NCBI GenBank assembly: GCA_000091205.1 | Contig: AP006502.2 | DNA from: Cyanidioschyzon merolae | Taxonomy: Eukaryota | Length of the DNA stretch: 64,000 nucleotides | Direction: 5' to 3' (one strand) | Shown here: piece by piece, positions 13,938 through 26,758 of the stretch | Position numbering within the stretch: the first letter of the stretch is position 1 | How the letters are laid out: each line of letters opens with the position of its first letter | The notes under the pieces: model-generated | Database searches by the model: none | Told to the model about the DNA's origin: nothing | Seen by the model: the letters and a program-made list of their open reading frames with translations, nothing else | Made by a program: the position numbers and the translations under genes

Positions 13938-14654
13938 TCACTGGGAAAGGTACAGGTTCGAGCAACGCGTCCCGTAGGAACAGCCATTCTCTTCCCAGGC
14001 CGCATCGGCAGCGTCTCGGTTTTTCCAGTCGAGCTCATCCAGCTCCCATGATGAGTTTGCATTCGTGATGAGTGAACCGCTCTGCGCGGTGTATGAGTAG
14101 CCGAGCGTGTCAGTTTCCCCATTCGGCTGCCAAGCGCGCGCATCAGAAGTCGCGTGTGAGGCCAGAGCTGTGTCGCACATGACCGGAATCTCCTCGAGCA
14201 CGTACTCCTCATCATTATCATCTGCGTAGTTCAGATCCCGTTGATCCAGCGCTGCCTGGCACCAGTCCCCGTGGCTGCGCGCTGACTCGCGACAGATTTC
14301 ATCCAGTGTTCCCCAGTTGCAGCGACCTGCGCCACGTTTCTTGGGAATCCAAACACTGCCGGAACGAATCTGCTCGCGCGAACGCTTCCCCGGTGACGAC
14401 CAGGGGGCTAGAGGCTCAGCCCCGACTGACACTGGTAACAGCACGTCCGAGGCTTGCTCCCGCGCACTCGCCGTAGACGCTGTGTCGTGCGCCGCCAGCG
14501 AGCGCAACGTCAGCCGCTGCACGCTGGGCGCGGGGCTCGACAGGCCACGTGGTGTCGCGGTGTCGCTCTCGACCACCGTCTGCAGTGTTTGTCCGTCGCC
14601 GTGAGGTTCCGCGAACTGCGCACCATGATTATCCCGAGAACTAATCAAGTGCAT
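13938..14654 (-). CDS. hypothetical protein with an acidic, Trp-containing C-terminus (WELDELDW); no recognised domain
   Basis: 238 aa ORF with a genuine ATG start, confirmed as cat on the plus strand at 14652-14654. No family assignment is possible. Confidence 0.3.
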   Translation of the reverse strand: MHLISSRDNHGAQFAEPHGDGQTLQTVVESDTATPRGLSSPAPSVQRLTLRSLAAHDTASTASAREQASDVLLPVSVGAEPLAPWSSPGKRSREQIRSGSVWIPKKRGAGRCNWGTLDEICRESARSHGDWCQAALDQRDLNYADDNDEEYVLEEIPVMCDTALASHATSDARAWQPNGETDTLGYSYTAQSGSLITNANSSWELDELDWKNRDAADAAWEENGCSYGTRCSNLYLSQ

Positions 14655-14959
14655 GAAACGATAAATGTTCGAGTTTGGGCAGTTCCAGCAGATCGCGCTC
14701 GTTTCCTGGTCGCCGAACGTGCACGGTTTGAAACACGTACCAGATAGGTTAGGTGCTTTCAGCGCAAATCGTGCGATACCACTTCCTCAAAGCAGTGTGC
14801 TCGTCGCAAAGCGCCCTGTAGACCGTGAAAACGGCCGGACGTGCTCGAGCTCGAAGTGCCTCCTCCAGGAAGGTAGGCAGGTACGGCACGTTTCCGGTTG
14901 CACCAGGCTCTCCCAGGAGCGCGAATCAGTTGATGCACGCGTCCATCGCCGGCGAGATT

Positions 14960-14984
14960 GCGTGCGTGCGTGCGTGCGTGCGTA
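14960..14984. repeat. (GCGT)n tetranucleotide microsatellite
   Basis: The run gcgtgcgtgcgtgcgtgcgtgcgt is read directly from the sequence. Confidence 0.8.
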
Positions 14985-15874
14985 CACGTATGTACCGGAA
15001 AAGCCGCCGCGTCACGTGCGACACGCGCGCTCCTCCGGATTTGATTCCGGTCTACAGAGCGTCTCCATTTTCAGATGACAAAACGTTTACATTGACCATG
15101 GATCCCAGAATAGCGAATGGATAGTGACTTTCGGGAAAGCGTCCATCATGCTACACTGTACCTTGTATTGCTGATATTTCCTCTTGGCTGTACTAGTCGT
15201 TTCGTACGTTGTATCTGGCACCGACTACCTGGCGTTGTGTGCTAGCAATAACGCGTATAGCTCTTGTGCGAATGTTATCCTGAGACGGAACAGCTTTGCT
15301 GTACCAGAGAGGGCATCGACTCGAGGTGCGTGTCACCGCGCACGGAATTGGGACTCATCATCATTCTGGGAGCCTGGAAGCTGCGCGTACAGACGTAATG
15401 CCTGCGACTGCACAGAGCGGTATTCTAGGAGACCGCGGCGACCAGAGCGACACCCAGACGCAGCATCCTGCTCCTAGTCCCAGAACGAATTGCGTTGCGG
15501 ACGAGCTGCGCAGGTCTCGCCACAGCACCTGCCACTGGAGGAAGCATGAAGCATGAGTCCGGCAGACTCGTTCGGATCGCGGGACCTTCCGCCTAGAAGG
15601 TAAAGTTTCGAAGATATGGAAACCTTCCCCCGTTCCAACGTTTACCTTTGAGTTGGAATGTAGTTTACATCGAGTTGCTATTTAATGGTTCGTTCCTGCC
15701 CTTTCTTACCTGGGAAAATGCTCGCTGCTCACGGGCGGGCACGACTGGGTATCTGGGCAATGCGTTCCGCGCATGGTATCCAGATCCATGGGCTCGCCCG
15801 TGCGGTAGTGATACGAATGCGTTTGTAGCCTCTGTTGACTTTCGCTCATTCGCGTATGCTATCGTTCGCGAACG

Positions 15875-16369
15875 ATGTGGCTACAAATAAGTAGTGTCCG
15901 TGGGGCACTAAGACCATCGACCCAAGGATATCCTGATACCGTCGAAGCCTGTCCTTCTGGGCGACGTACCGGGACCGTTTGGCAGTGGCGTTTGTGCGCG
16001 AGCTCAGAGCCTGAGGCGCACGTGCGCTGGCGTTGCTCACAACCACCGCTGCACGTCCAACGCTGTGGCGGTGCCGAGAGCCGGCCTCCACCCAATACCC
16101 CTCTGACCGAAGTAGACTTGCTATGCTGGCAGCCGTGTCACTCTTGTCACGGCACGCTTCAAGTGCTCTGCCCGCACTGCGATGGGGAGGGCTCGCTACC
16201 CATCGAGACTCAGTTCGTGGAGTGGGTAGAGAACCCAAAAGAACTCGAGTGCAGTGCATGTCGTGGGTCCGGGTTCCTGGACTGTCAAGAATGTTTGCAA
16301 CAAGGTTTCATACCGCGCTGGAACGACGCCGAACGAGCGCAGGCAGGTCGGTTGCTCGAGGAGCGCTAG
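15875..16369 (+). CDS. small cysteine-rich protein with DnaJ-type CR zinc-finger-like repeats (CxxCxGxG)
   Basis: ATG at 15875. The C-terminal half contains CHSCHG, CPHCDGEG, CSACRGSG and CQEC motifs, resembling the CR-type zinc finger of DnaJ or BSD2-like proteins. The N-terminal 80 aa have no features. Confidence 0.3.
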   Translation: MWLQISSVRGALRPSTQGYPDTVEACPSGRRTGTVWQWRLCASSEPEAHVRWRCSQPPLHVQRCGGAESRPPPNTPLTEVDLLCWQPCHSCHGTLQVLCPHCDGEGSLPIETQFVEWVENPKELECSACRGSGFLDCQECLQQGFIPRWNDAERAQAGRLLEER

Positions 16370-17665
16370 GTGTATGCGCTGCTTTGCAAGCATGTCACGT
16401 GAGGCACCTGTAAACTGTTCCCGTGAATACCACTGGCAGTACGGTTCGAGTACTGACGCGAAAGGGGGTCCACGAGGCGGAGAAACCGCCGTATCGGTCT
16501 ACCTATGGATGCTCATTTACATCGGGGATGTCTCTACTGTAGCGGGCTTTCCGGTCCGTAAACGGATATGTTCTGCGGTGCTCCATGTAATGCTGCTACT
16601 GGTTTGCGTCGCCCTCGATCATGAATTGCGGCTGATGAATGTACTTGTCCGCTCGCGTTCTGGACAGCAACTCGGCGACCAAACGATCGTGACATCGCCA
16701 AGGCGACGGTCGGGAACTCGTGACCCGAGCGCTGCTTTCTCCATCACTCAGACGGCTCGCGTTATGCAGTTCGATAGGCAGAAGCCCTGCTTTTTTCAGA
16801 GGATGAAGTACCACGTGCGATACGGCGAGCTTCTGCCTGCTGGTTTGCAGAATGGCGACGTGCTGGCTGTTCACCTGCTTGTTTGCGAGTCGCAATGCGG
16901 CGTGATGCCGGCGCCATGTGTCGAACCTGCACCACACAAGCACACCTCACTGCCACAGGTGACAAGGTCCGCGAACTTTTGGTATTAGCTCGTAAACAAG
17001 GCCTCTATGCACGACGTCGAGTATTTTTCGTCGTCCTTCCAGCAGCACAAATTGCTGCATCCACGTGTAGCCCTGGAACAGAAACATCAAAAACTTGAAG
17101 CATGCGTGATTCGATCATGTACCACGAAAGGTAATGACAAGAATGCAATCGTGTAGATTTGAACTGCATCATGGCATCGAATATGTGAAGGTGCTATGTT
17201 ACAGGGATTCGCGATTAATTCTGCTTCAGGTAACGTTACGATTCCCAGCAGCAAACAAGCCGACGAGCAAACCAAATACGCTACCAAGAATCCTAAGAAA
17301 AGCAATGGTTCCACAATTCGTTTTCGCTTGACCTCGAATGCCGAGCATACATATCTGAATAAAGTTCGGAAATAAAAATAACCAGGAACAGCGTGAGCAC
17401 CTCCCTGTTCCAATGTAGTTTCCAACGACATTACCCCGGGCACGAGCTTCGATGCTGGATCCGCCGCCCCCTTTCGATCCGCGCCGTCTCCAGATGCGCG
17501 TCCCGTGATGCATGCATCGGTAATCCGCCGCTGCTGCTTGCCGCCGCCGCTGGGATCGACGCAGATCAACATCCGCGCCTGCGGGCGTGCATGTCGCACT
17601 GCGAAAATGTACTTGTCGGTTACCGAATTGCGCACGACGCATCTCTGGATTCCAGATAGCGAGGA

Positions 17666-18394
17666 ATGTGGACGGCTGCTTTTGTCACGTTGACGGGATC
17701 ATCTGTATATAGGCGTTCAGCGCTCTCACCTCTGGTCAGCGGACGAGCGACAGCATCACCGAGCTTTCATTCGAGGTGGGCGCGCTTCGGTGTCAAAAGT
17801 AGGCAGCGAGGTCGGCAATGCGCACGCGCGACGCTCCAGTGTCTCCTAGAACCGCTAGGATTCTTGAATGTAGCAGCTGAGGAGGCAGTGCAGAATCCGC
17901 TGGTTATCCAACGCATCGCGGACTACTTCAAAACGTTGTCCATACCGGAACCAGTTGTGGAATATGGGCACCCTGTCATGATGACCATCATGGTGGCGGC
18001 TATGGGCCTCGGAGGCGCTTACCTTGGTTGGGCAGGTCGCTTGAATCCTGACAAGCGGGCAGGAGTGAAACAGAAGCAGACACATGCCACAGTCATGGGA
18101 GCATTCACCCTGCTCGCGTTTTTAGGGGCCTCCGGCGGTATGCTCTCTGTCGCAATGCAGGGCTTCCCGGTTGGTCAATCTGCACACGCGCTGAGTGCGG
18201 TGCTTGTGCTGGTCTTACTTTCTTTCAACGGCATCTACGCTGGGACTGGGTTCGGTGCCGGCAGCAAACGCGGGCGAGAAGCGACGGAAGCAGCTGCACA
18301 GGGCCGTCGTGTGCACGCGTACCTTGGTGTTGCGATCGTGGCCGCTCTGCTCCTGCACGCCTTCCTCGGTCTGCAGATGATTATTGGAAGTTAG
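17666..18394 (+). CDS. hypothetical small integral membrane protein, ~4 predicted TM helices after a basic N-terminal extension
   Basis: ATG at 17666. There are four hydrophobic segments (MMTIMVAAMGLGGAYLGW, VMGAFTLLAFLGASGGML, ALSAVLVLVLLSF, LGVAIVAALLLHAFLGL), with His residues recurring inside them. The N-terminal 90 aa are rich in R/S/A and could be an organelle targeting sequence. No family can be named confidently. Confidence 0.4.
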   Translation: MWTAAFVTLTGSSVYRRSALSPLVSGRATASPSFHSRWARFGVKSRQRGRQCARATLQCLLEPLGFLNVAAEEAVQNPLVIQRIADYFKTLSIPEPVVEYGHPVMMTIMVAAMGLGGAYLGWAGRLNPDKRAGVKQKQTHATVMGAFTLLAFLGASGGMLSVAMQGFPVGQSAHALSAVLVLVLLSFNGIYAGTGFGAGSKRGREATEAAAQGRRVHAYLGVAIVAALLLHAFLGLQMIIGS

Positions 18395-19686
18395 ATGGCA
18401 TGCGACGAACTCATGTTGCAGGCACCGCTGCCTTGAGCTAGGAGTGGCACCCGTTGTGGCCGACATATCCCTCGTACACGGTATGAAACCGGCACTAGGT
18501 GAGGCTTGAACGTGATCCTCCCGAATCATGCCTTACACGCCAGCTGATTGTCTTTGCAGTATGGACATCGTTCCAAGGCGCAGGCTCGCTCGCTGATGCA
18601 TATCTTGGAGAAGGATGCCTCCCTTGCTGTTCATGGTTCGTTGAAAATCCCTGATTTAACTGCTAGTGCATGTGGCTGCTTCATTCGCTTTATCCGTGTA
18701 TGTACCCGAGAACTGGCCCGTGCTCGCATCGCGTACTCCGAGCTGGAAGCTTGCAAACGCCTGCACAGTTCGCGGGGAATGCATAATGGACTGTAAACTC
18801 GAATCGAAAGGACGCTGGGTTGTTTGTTCGATATCACTCCATCCGTTTGGAACTAAAATGGAACACGTCGACAAAGCCAACACGGGCGCACACACGAAAG
18901 CTGGGGTCTCGTCCCAGTGACGTCGACAATAGCCTGTGTACGGGCTTTTTGCGACTAATTGCTTTTCCTGACTATAATCTCCGGTTTCGAAAACGAGCGT
19001 TCTTCTGTGTACTCCAGCTCAGCTGTTGACAGTCAAACATCGTTCATGGTAGCGTATATAGCCCGATGTTGCTATTTCCGTGAGTTATCGACGCATATCA
19101 TGTACAGGCGCAAGCTGCGACCTCTGTTTCGCCTGAAATTTTCATCTTCTTTGTATGCAGCCTCGGTGGGCGCTTCGCAGCGTTGATGCTTGGCTGTATT
19201 CAGGAGTTTCCATGTGACCATAATGTATCCTACTCCGATGGCGGCTCAGTGGCGCACGAACGCTTGCTTTATCACTCCATCCATGCCGTTGACGGATACA
19301 GAGGACTCTCCCCGGTGCTTTCTGCGGCTTCTGTTCCTGGCGCTGGGCCAAACGATCAGCGGCTTCCGCTGGGCGATCGTCTCGGTGAGTAGGCTGTTCG
19401 TTGCACACCTGCAAGCGCACGATGTTGCATTCGATACCGCACCATCCGCCTGTTTGCAAGCTGTTCGATTTCTGAGCGCGCTATCGAAAAAAGTGCCGCG
19501 GAGCTTCACAGGTATCGAAATACTTTGGTAATTCGTGGGTACGGAGTCCGCAGCTGCGGCCCGCTTGCGACGATGCGACCAATGCTGCTGGGATTCCCTT
19601 CTGTATCGCTCGCTCGTACGTCATTCTATTCACACTTTCGTTCTCTTCCGCTGACCTGAAGATAAAAGTCGCGCTTTGAGACGCAA

Positions 19687-21083
19687 AGCGAGTCTGCACT
19701 GCTCAACAGAGGGCGCTCTTCCTCGACATGTCATCGCGCGAGATGCATCGCGGTTCGGCATCATTATGTACTAGTCATCATCCGGATATGACTTGCGTCC
19801 ATTCGAGCCCGAAAGCATCGACATCAGCTTGGGTGTACAGTGCCAACGCTCGCTTTCGTTGCGGCATCTCTATCAACGTCGCGACGACCGTGAGCGTTTC
19901 CGTCGCCGCTCGCAAGTCGTTCGCCTCCGTCGACGCCCACGGGATCTGTGTCACCAGTCGCCACTCTGGGAGGCGAGTATGATGATTCCACACAAGCGTC
20001 CATGAAGCGCTTCATACAGCGCTCGGCGTGGATCCGCGGATTGTTTTCCTTTTCGAGGCCTGCTCTGATACTTTCTGGTACCTGCGCTGTACGTGTTCTT
20101 ATCGCCAATGCGCCGCTGCGACGCGTCGAGATGTTCTGGGAAGCTTGTGTCCAAAAACGTGATTTTGCGGTACCAAGACCGCATTGCGTCCTCTGTTCCG
20201 AATACCGGTTGTGCTGACGCTTGAAAGTCAGCTCGAAAGCTTTCAAAAGAAAAACTGACAGCTGGGCGCCCTGCCTCCTGAGCTCCTACGAACAAGCGCC
20301 TTCTGGGGTACGTCACAGCGAGGGAGCGTAAACAAGGCGTTGTCGAGAAACGCGCTACGCGATCCCCAGTGGTGCCCTGTGTCTCCGTTTTCGGAAGTCT
20401 CTCCCGCATGATGCCCGCTAGTAGAGAGGATTCGGCAATGGTTTCAGACTGCGGTGCCTGCTCCGACGTCTTTTCCTCGCTGTCGCGCCGCGTCTGCTCC
20501 GTGGAAGGAGCCCGCTCTCCTCTGACAGACGCTTTTTCTCATTTTCACTTCTACTTGGCGGCGCGGCATGGGTGTCATTGCTATACATCACAGCCGTTTT
20601 GATCATCGTTACTCAGAAGCATCCCTCGGACAGTGAGTCCGAGACGTGCCTGTTCTATCTGTGCCTGTATCCATCTGCAACGCCTCATGCACACGCTCGT
20701 CACCACCTGCTGCTGCAAGCACGCCCGTGGTCCCAGGCGCGCCTTTCCGCTGCACCTTCTCGCCCGCTCGCACGAACCGAGAAGCAATATAGTAGCCCAG
20801 GGATGCCGAAGGTAGAGCGAGGCGTGCCGAAGAACGGTTTGTTCATGGACGGCGCCAGGGATATGCACGACTCGTCTACCGATCCCGGAGCGTAGCATGG
20901 GCGCAGGACAACACAGAAGCCATCTCCGACTGGACCGAACACAGGAAAACACGCTGACCCAAAGAGCAGCCTGATGAAAATCCCAGCTGGGGACTCCCTG
21001 ATCGCTCCTGCATCATGGCAGGCGACCTTCTCCAAGTGCAGGACAGGAGCATGCTGGATGGAAGAGCCAGAAAGCGCTGCGGC
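19687..21083 (+). repeat. left copy of a ~1.4 kb direct repeat; its partner is at 31248..32643
   Basis: Six-frame ORFs inside this interval recur with a constant offset of +11560/+11561 bp and near-identical translations. Examples are 19728..19982 versus 31177..31542, 20369..20602 versus 31930..32163, and 20572..20895 versus 32133..32456. The boundaries were read from the sequence: identity starts at AAGCGAGTCTGCACTGCTC and ends at GAAAGCGCTGCGGC. Confidence 0.85.
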
Positions 21084-22503
21084 GAAGGCTGAGCCGGTGA
21101 GCAATCCTGCCCGTTTGGCGATGTAGACGCGACCACATCAAGGCATCGCCGCAAGCACTGATGTTGCTGTCATGCACGATTATCTCTTCTTTATGATTAG
21201 CGGTTTGTACCTCTTTGAGTACCCATATGCGGGTCTACCATTTGTCTCGAGTGACATCCCATCGACTACAGCGCATGCCCTTGCCTCCTGTGGTAACCGC
21301 CCGCGTTTCAATACCAACTCGATTGTGTGTGTTGCTGAACGTGCGACGATCTTGAATAGAGGCACTGTTTTTCCTTCTTCAATTCGTGTCTCTAGATCAC
21401 CGTCCCTATCAAAGGTACGATATCCTCACGTTCTGTAACTACTTTAGTCATGTTTCATCGACAGCGTATAGAGTGGCGTGGATTCGCATGGTGGCAGTCG
21501 TTTAGATAGCATTGGACAGGGTCTGTTCTCGGTGCACAAAGTTTCGGATACGGGCTACACGACTGGTGGTTCATCCACCAGCTGGACGTAGAATGGCTTA
21601 CTTGTACAGCTACGGCGGTTGTTTCACAAGCTCGTATACGGAACTTCGCGTTTTTCCGCGACCTTTCTCCAATCCACAAATAACATTCCCTATGATGAAT
21701 TCCTGCGAGAGAAACAAAACAAAAGCGTGCTGGTACAGGTGTTCCGGAATTCACCGCGCTTCCCATACGGTATGCTTTGGCCGGGAATCCTGCGGAACGC
21801 AAAACGCAACACATGCCACTGGACCAGAGAAAGGCGCCTATCCAATACGTGCCTCGAGACGTCTTGGGTGCGCGACAGCGTACAGGTTCAGATCGACTTG
21901 TCCGCCAACATGATGAGCACGGTACACTGGTCTTCGTGCCTGAGCGATCTGAACTTGGCTAAGATACGGGTGTGGTTGCGAGTCGTCCGAAGCTTCTGGT
22001 ACTGTAGACGAGCCAGCGTAGCGAAGACCGCCCCACGTACCGTACGCTCGATTGGAACCGCCAGCTGCTCGCTCCAAACGCTGGATAGATGAATGGATTC
22101 TTTCGAGTCCGGTGAATCTCGAATGCGCTTTCCAAAACATACGCACCCATATTCCGAGCGATCCAAGTGGCGAAATACATTCGTATCAGTGGGAGCGGGG
22201 CGGCGGGCTGCGCATGTGCTTGCAATAGTTGATCCAACACTGATTCGATATTCGATTCGCCATCGACAAAGATCATGCGGTTCTGAAAGCCCGCACGCTT
22301 CGAGTCCGGGAGCATGCGAGGTGGTACGCGCGAGCCACACATCATCTGCTACTACCAGCCACATCAAGATAGAAAACAACGAACGCTCTGCGATCGGCAG
22401 AGCGCCGACAGCCTATTACCGCAGGCGCATCCGCAGTTGTGCAAGCATTACCGTGCGGTTTGCTTGTACCGAGGCGAAGCCGATTTTCGATACAAGTCCT
22501 CCG

Positions 22504-23913
22504 TCAGGAGCGCAGGACCTGTCGATAAAGGTCCGCCTGGCGTTCTGCGTTCTCGAGAATTCGTTGGAACCTTGAATCGAGCTCCGCAATCAGCTGCTTC
22601 GCGGCGCTTACCTCCATCGCAAAACGTGACACTGTATCACGAAGCAGGTTGCTGAACGAGACCGCCTCGGCCTCAGCCGCCATGGAAAATTCCTCAAACC
22701 GTGACTGAAGCTCGAAGTGCTGTGCCTCTATGCGTTCCCGAAAGAGCATGCGCTCTTGATCCAGTTCTCGTTGGAGATCATGACGTTCTGCTTCACACTG
22801 CAGATGAAATCGCGCCCATTCATCGTGAAGACGGCTCTCGAGTTCTGCCTGTTCTGCAAGAAGCGAAGCTTTCCGGGCTTGCAGCGATCTTTCTATCGAA
22901 CGCTCGTACATCTCGACGGAAGTCTCCCGATGTCGCAAACTGCGCTCTCGTGCCTCCACAAGCTCAACAGGAACCATTCCCTGCATGAGACGCTCCATCC
23001 GAACACGCTGCTCTTCGAGGGTGCGCTGCATGTCGCGCAGGCGTGCCTCCCATGCCTCAAGTTCCTTCTCTCGCTGCAAGACGCTTTCCTTTCGCGCTTC
23101 GAGATCTTCCACGCGGGACTCGCGCTCGCGTAGTGCTCCTTCCCGAGCACGGAGACGCTTGTCAAGTTCAGCGTACTCGGCCTCAATCGCTTTTCGTTGC
23201 TGTTCTTCAAGTTGCTGTAGAACGACAGCGGGAACCAGATCAGCAAGCTGAGGTAGCGCTTGTGCCAGTCTCGGGAGATTCTCGCGCCAGGTCTCAATAA
23301 GCGACTTTTGCGAGCGCGCCAGCATTCTGAGCAAGTCGTGGATCTCCCGAGCATCGCGTTGTGCTCGGAGCAAGGTTACCTGCAAACGTTCGCACGAAGC
23401 TGTCGTTGCTGCAGGGACACTGCTCGCTGCGGCATTGTCCGAATGCACCTTGAAAACTGCGGCGCTGACACAGGAATCTACCACACTTTGCGCCACACTC
23501 TGTAGCTGCAATCGCTGGATTTGGTCTGTGAGCGTCTGCTGTTTGAGCTCAAACTCCACTAGGCGTCCATTCTGCTCCGCTACAACCTGCCTCAAACGCA
23601 GGGCCTCCGCTCGCGAAGACTCCAATTCTTTTTGAGACTCTTCCAGATGCTTCTGTAGTCGGCTGAGCCATTCGTCTCGTTCTTCCAGCTCAAGTCGCAA
23701 ATTGTCCACTTCAAGCTCTGCAAGCGCAACGCTTGCGAGGGTGCTGGTACTCGTGGTCTCCCCCAGGTTGGTCTTATTAGAGGAACGCGAAGCGTGCCGC
23801 CTTCCGATGCGCCAAGGACCACTGGGCATCTGTTCGTTTGTCGGTGTAGACACCTGTGGAGCCGTCTCCACCGCACTCAAGTTCGGAAGCGTGCCTGATA
23901 TCCCTGCGTCCAT
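22504..23913 (-). CDS. coiled-coil protein rich in Glu/Arg/Leu/Gln; function unknown
   Basis: The ORF runs to 24024 but starts at TTG. The first ATG is at 23913 (cat at 23911-23913 on the plus strand). The central 350 aa are heptad-like E/R/L/Q-rich sequence typical of coiled coils, with no enzymatic motif. Confidence 0.55.
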   Translation of the reverse strand: MDAGISGTLPNLSAVETAPQVSTPTNEQMPSGPWRIGRRHASRSSNKTNLGETTSTSTLASVALAELEVDNLRLELEERDEWLSRLQKHLEESQKELESSRAEALRLRQVVAEQNGRLVEFELKQQTLTDQIQRLQLQSVAQSVVDSCVSAAVFKVHSDNAAASSVPAATTASCERLQVTLLRAQRDAREIHDLLRMLARSQKSLIETWRENLPRLAQALPQLADLVPAVVLQQLEEQQRKAIEAEYAELDKRLRAREGALRERESRVEDLEARKESVLQREKELEAWEARLRDMQRTLEEQRVRMERLMQGMVPVELVEARERSLRHRETSVEMYERSIERSLQARKASLLAEQAELESRLHDEWARFHLQCEAERHDLQRELDQERMLFRERIEAQHFELQSRFEEFSMAAEAEAVSFSNLLRDTVSRFAMEVSAAKQLIAELDSRFQRILENAERQADLYRQVLRS

Positions 23914-24553
23914 CAAGGGTGGGCCTCCAACCCGGGGCGCTCGTTGACAGCTTCCACAAGGCGAACACGAATCGAGCGCCCCTGCGCTGCAAAGAGCGCC
24001 CAGGCTTTCCCGATAGCGACCCAAGGCACTCCCGAGTCCAACGTTTTGCGTGGTGCTTGCCAGGAGCCAGACTCGCGTCTGAGACGCAGCAACCGTTGCG
24101 CTGGGATCAGTGCGCGCCTACGAGCCTCGGCTATCGATAAAAACACGCCAACTCCGGAGCGTCCTGCAGGCTCGAGGGTACTCCACAACTCTTGAAGCTC
24201 TAACTTGCGTAAACTTTCTAACGTGTACTGAAGTACACACGAAACTTATCCACCTGACAAAGCCAAGCTGCTAGTACGCTTGCGTACGACGCAATTCCGA
24301 TGTGGACACAGGTGCTACGGCACGTCGCTACCACTCGTTTCGTTCTCGAGATCCCGGCACACAAACTGCGCTTGAGGCCGCAGTATTGGCTACCAAACGC
24401 CACCGCTGCAACTGCGGCTACGCAATCAGCGCTGTTAATACTGTCTCTCTCTCTCTGGGTGTGTTTATACGGTATCGTCAAAGTCGCCTTTCACAGGTGT
24501 TCTTCTCTCAGGCTGGAAGCGAAGCGTTTGACTGTCATGCTGCGACAGCGTTC

Positions 24554-25040
24554 GGAGGAAACTTGGGCACTTGCTTGAGGTCCTTCGAAAAGCCGAATAT
24601 ATTGGTGCTCGCGAAACCGTTGAAGTGAGCGTCCGGAGGAAACTTGGGCACTTGCTTGAGGTCCCTTGCAAAGCCGGATATATTGGTGCTCGCGAAACCG
24701 TTGAAGTGAGCGTCCGGAGGAAACTTGGGCACTTGCTTGAGGTCCTTCGCAAAGCCGAATATATTGGTGCTTGTGAAATCGTTGATGTGAGCGTCCGGAG
24801 GAAACTTGGGCACTTGCTTGAGGTCCCTTGCAAAGTCGGATATATTGGTGCTCGCGAAATCGTCGATGTGAGCGCCCGGAGGAAACTTGGGCACTTGCTT
24901 GAGGTCCCTGGCAAAGTCAGATATATTGGTGCTCGCGAAATCGTTGATGTGAGCGTCCGGAGGAAACTTGGGCACTTGCTTGAGGTCCCTGGCAAACCCG
25001 GATATATTGGTGCTTGTGAAATCGTTGATATGATCCAGGG
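24554..25040. repeat. 81-bp minisatellite, about 6 tandem copies with point variants
   Basis: The unit ggaggaaacttgggcacttgcttgaggtcc... recurs at 24554, 24635, 24716, 24797, 24878 and 24959. All three frames on both strands stay open across the array and give 27-aa peptide repeats. Confidence 0.85.
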
Positions 25041-26758
25041 TTTCGAGACTGCGCCATCGTCATCGGCATTCAAGCGAGGATTTATAGTGTCATATACTGG
25101 AGCTTCAACTTCAGAAAGCCCCAAAGTATACTTTTGTTCGCAAGGGCAAAGCCGTTTTCCTTGACATACCCACACCTTTTGATATGCGTGTCGTTCTCTG
25201 CATCGCGTATTCGCCAAGTCATATGTCTAGCGCCTGCAACTCCCATCCATGCATATCCAGGCTACTTTGAAAGTGAATCTTGGACATTTCCGTGCCGTTG
25301 GACACTGCTGCAGGACGTTGGTTTGTTTCGGAGGTACAGTTTGTGGCGCTTGCCTTGGACGGATTCTTCGGAATGTGAACGATGAATTGATGGATTCGGT
25401 AGATGCGCTTGTACGTACCGTTCGTGGTCGCTGGGCTCTTCAGACGGGCATCAGGGACCGAAGCCTGTTGACGTTTTGGCGCTCCGGCAGGGAGCAAAAC
25501 GCCTCGGAATGAGTTCCAGTGCCACGTGGCTCACTGGAAACATGGATCCTGTCAGACGACGTCATCTTTACCGTAGATTCATGGATGGGCATTACCCTGG
25601 AGAAGCATCCAGCAAGCCTCATTGCTGGACAATTGATACCGGATCACCGATGAGCGACATGCGCTCACGAGTACCGTTGACGCAGCGCAAACGAACGATC
25701 TCGTCATTGCGGAATTCTGCAATGATGCCAGCGATAAAGGCCTGGGGGCTCTGTCACCACGATACATTCATCGGAAGCGCATGCCGTCCAGTGTTTTCCA
25801 TGCTTCTATCTTCTGATCAGGGAAAAGACTCTTTTTGCGCCAGCGTTTGCAACTTGCGCGGCTAAACGTTGGCAACGAACTGATCAAGGGCGTCTGGCTT
25901 AGGCCCAGCAACCCTTCACGGTTTCTAGAGCACCTGAAGGCTCGGCACACGCTCATGAGCGTACCGAGCGATATATACATTCAAGAGCATCATCCGATAG
26001 AATCCTCGATCAACGTAAAAGATGCTCACTGCGCGAACCGAATTTCCTGTTGCATGGACATGCGTCGTACCTGTGGGCGAGGTTACCACTTGCCAGCGAT
26101 TGTCCCGCATTCAAGGCGGCACTTGACCGTGCTGCCACGTCCCAGGCAGCGCTCACAGCAGACTCGACACCCAGACGTTCGCATGAACTGACGAATACCT
26201 CGAGAGGAAACGAGGGGTGACGGTGCTGGTGGCGCCGACGGCGATGGCAGCTGCGGCATCTAGAGGCTGGTGAGACTTCAAGCTACGTCGCGACACGTCG
26301 GACGCGTTTCCACATACCAATAAACGTCGTGCTATCCGGGCTCGCTGGCTCGCGTCAATGATCCTAAACCCCTCAAACAGGGAACGCTGCACTGCTTTTG
26401 CCAACGACACACGCTTCCATTCATGTGACACAATCGACAAGTCGCTCTCGTGTCCGAGGTCCTGGTAGACAACACCTCACGGGATGCCCTACTGCTTTTC
26501 TTCCGATAACATAACCTTTACAATGACTACGAATCCCGGTTTGACACATGGATATGCCCTGCTGATCCGCAGCGCTCTCGAGATGGAGCGCAGCGGAACG
26601 CGTCGCGATGCCGTCGATTCGAACGCGATGCCGCTGGTGACCGTACAAGCCTTGGGTGTATCGCTGAGCTGCATTCCTGGTGGTGAGCGCGTCCTCCAGC
26701 AAGCTTGGGACCTGGTTTGCGAATAGCGTCCGAGTGACGCTGCTTCTCTCGCTTCAAG

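Noticed and set aside
24465-25217. 250-aa minus-strand ORF through the 81-bp minisatellite, considered as a Ser/Thr/Pro-rich repeat protein gene
   Set aside because: Its first codon is TTG and there is no in-frame ATG near the 5' end. There is no signal peptide. All six frames are open across the array, so the ORF is explained by repeat periodicity alone. It is kept only as a repeat feature.
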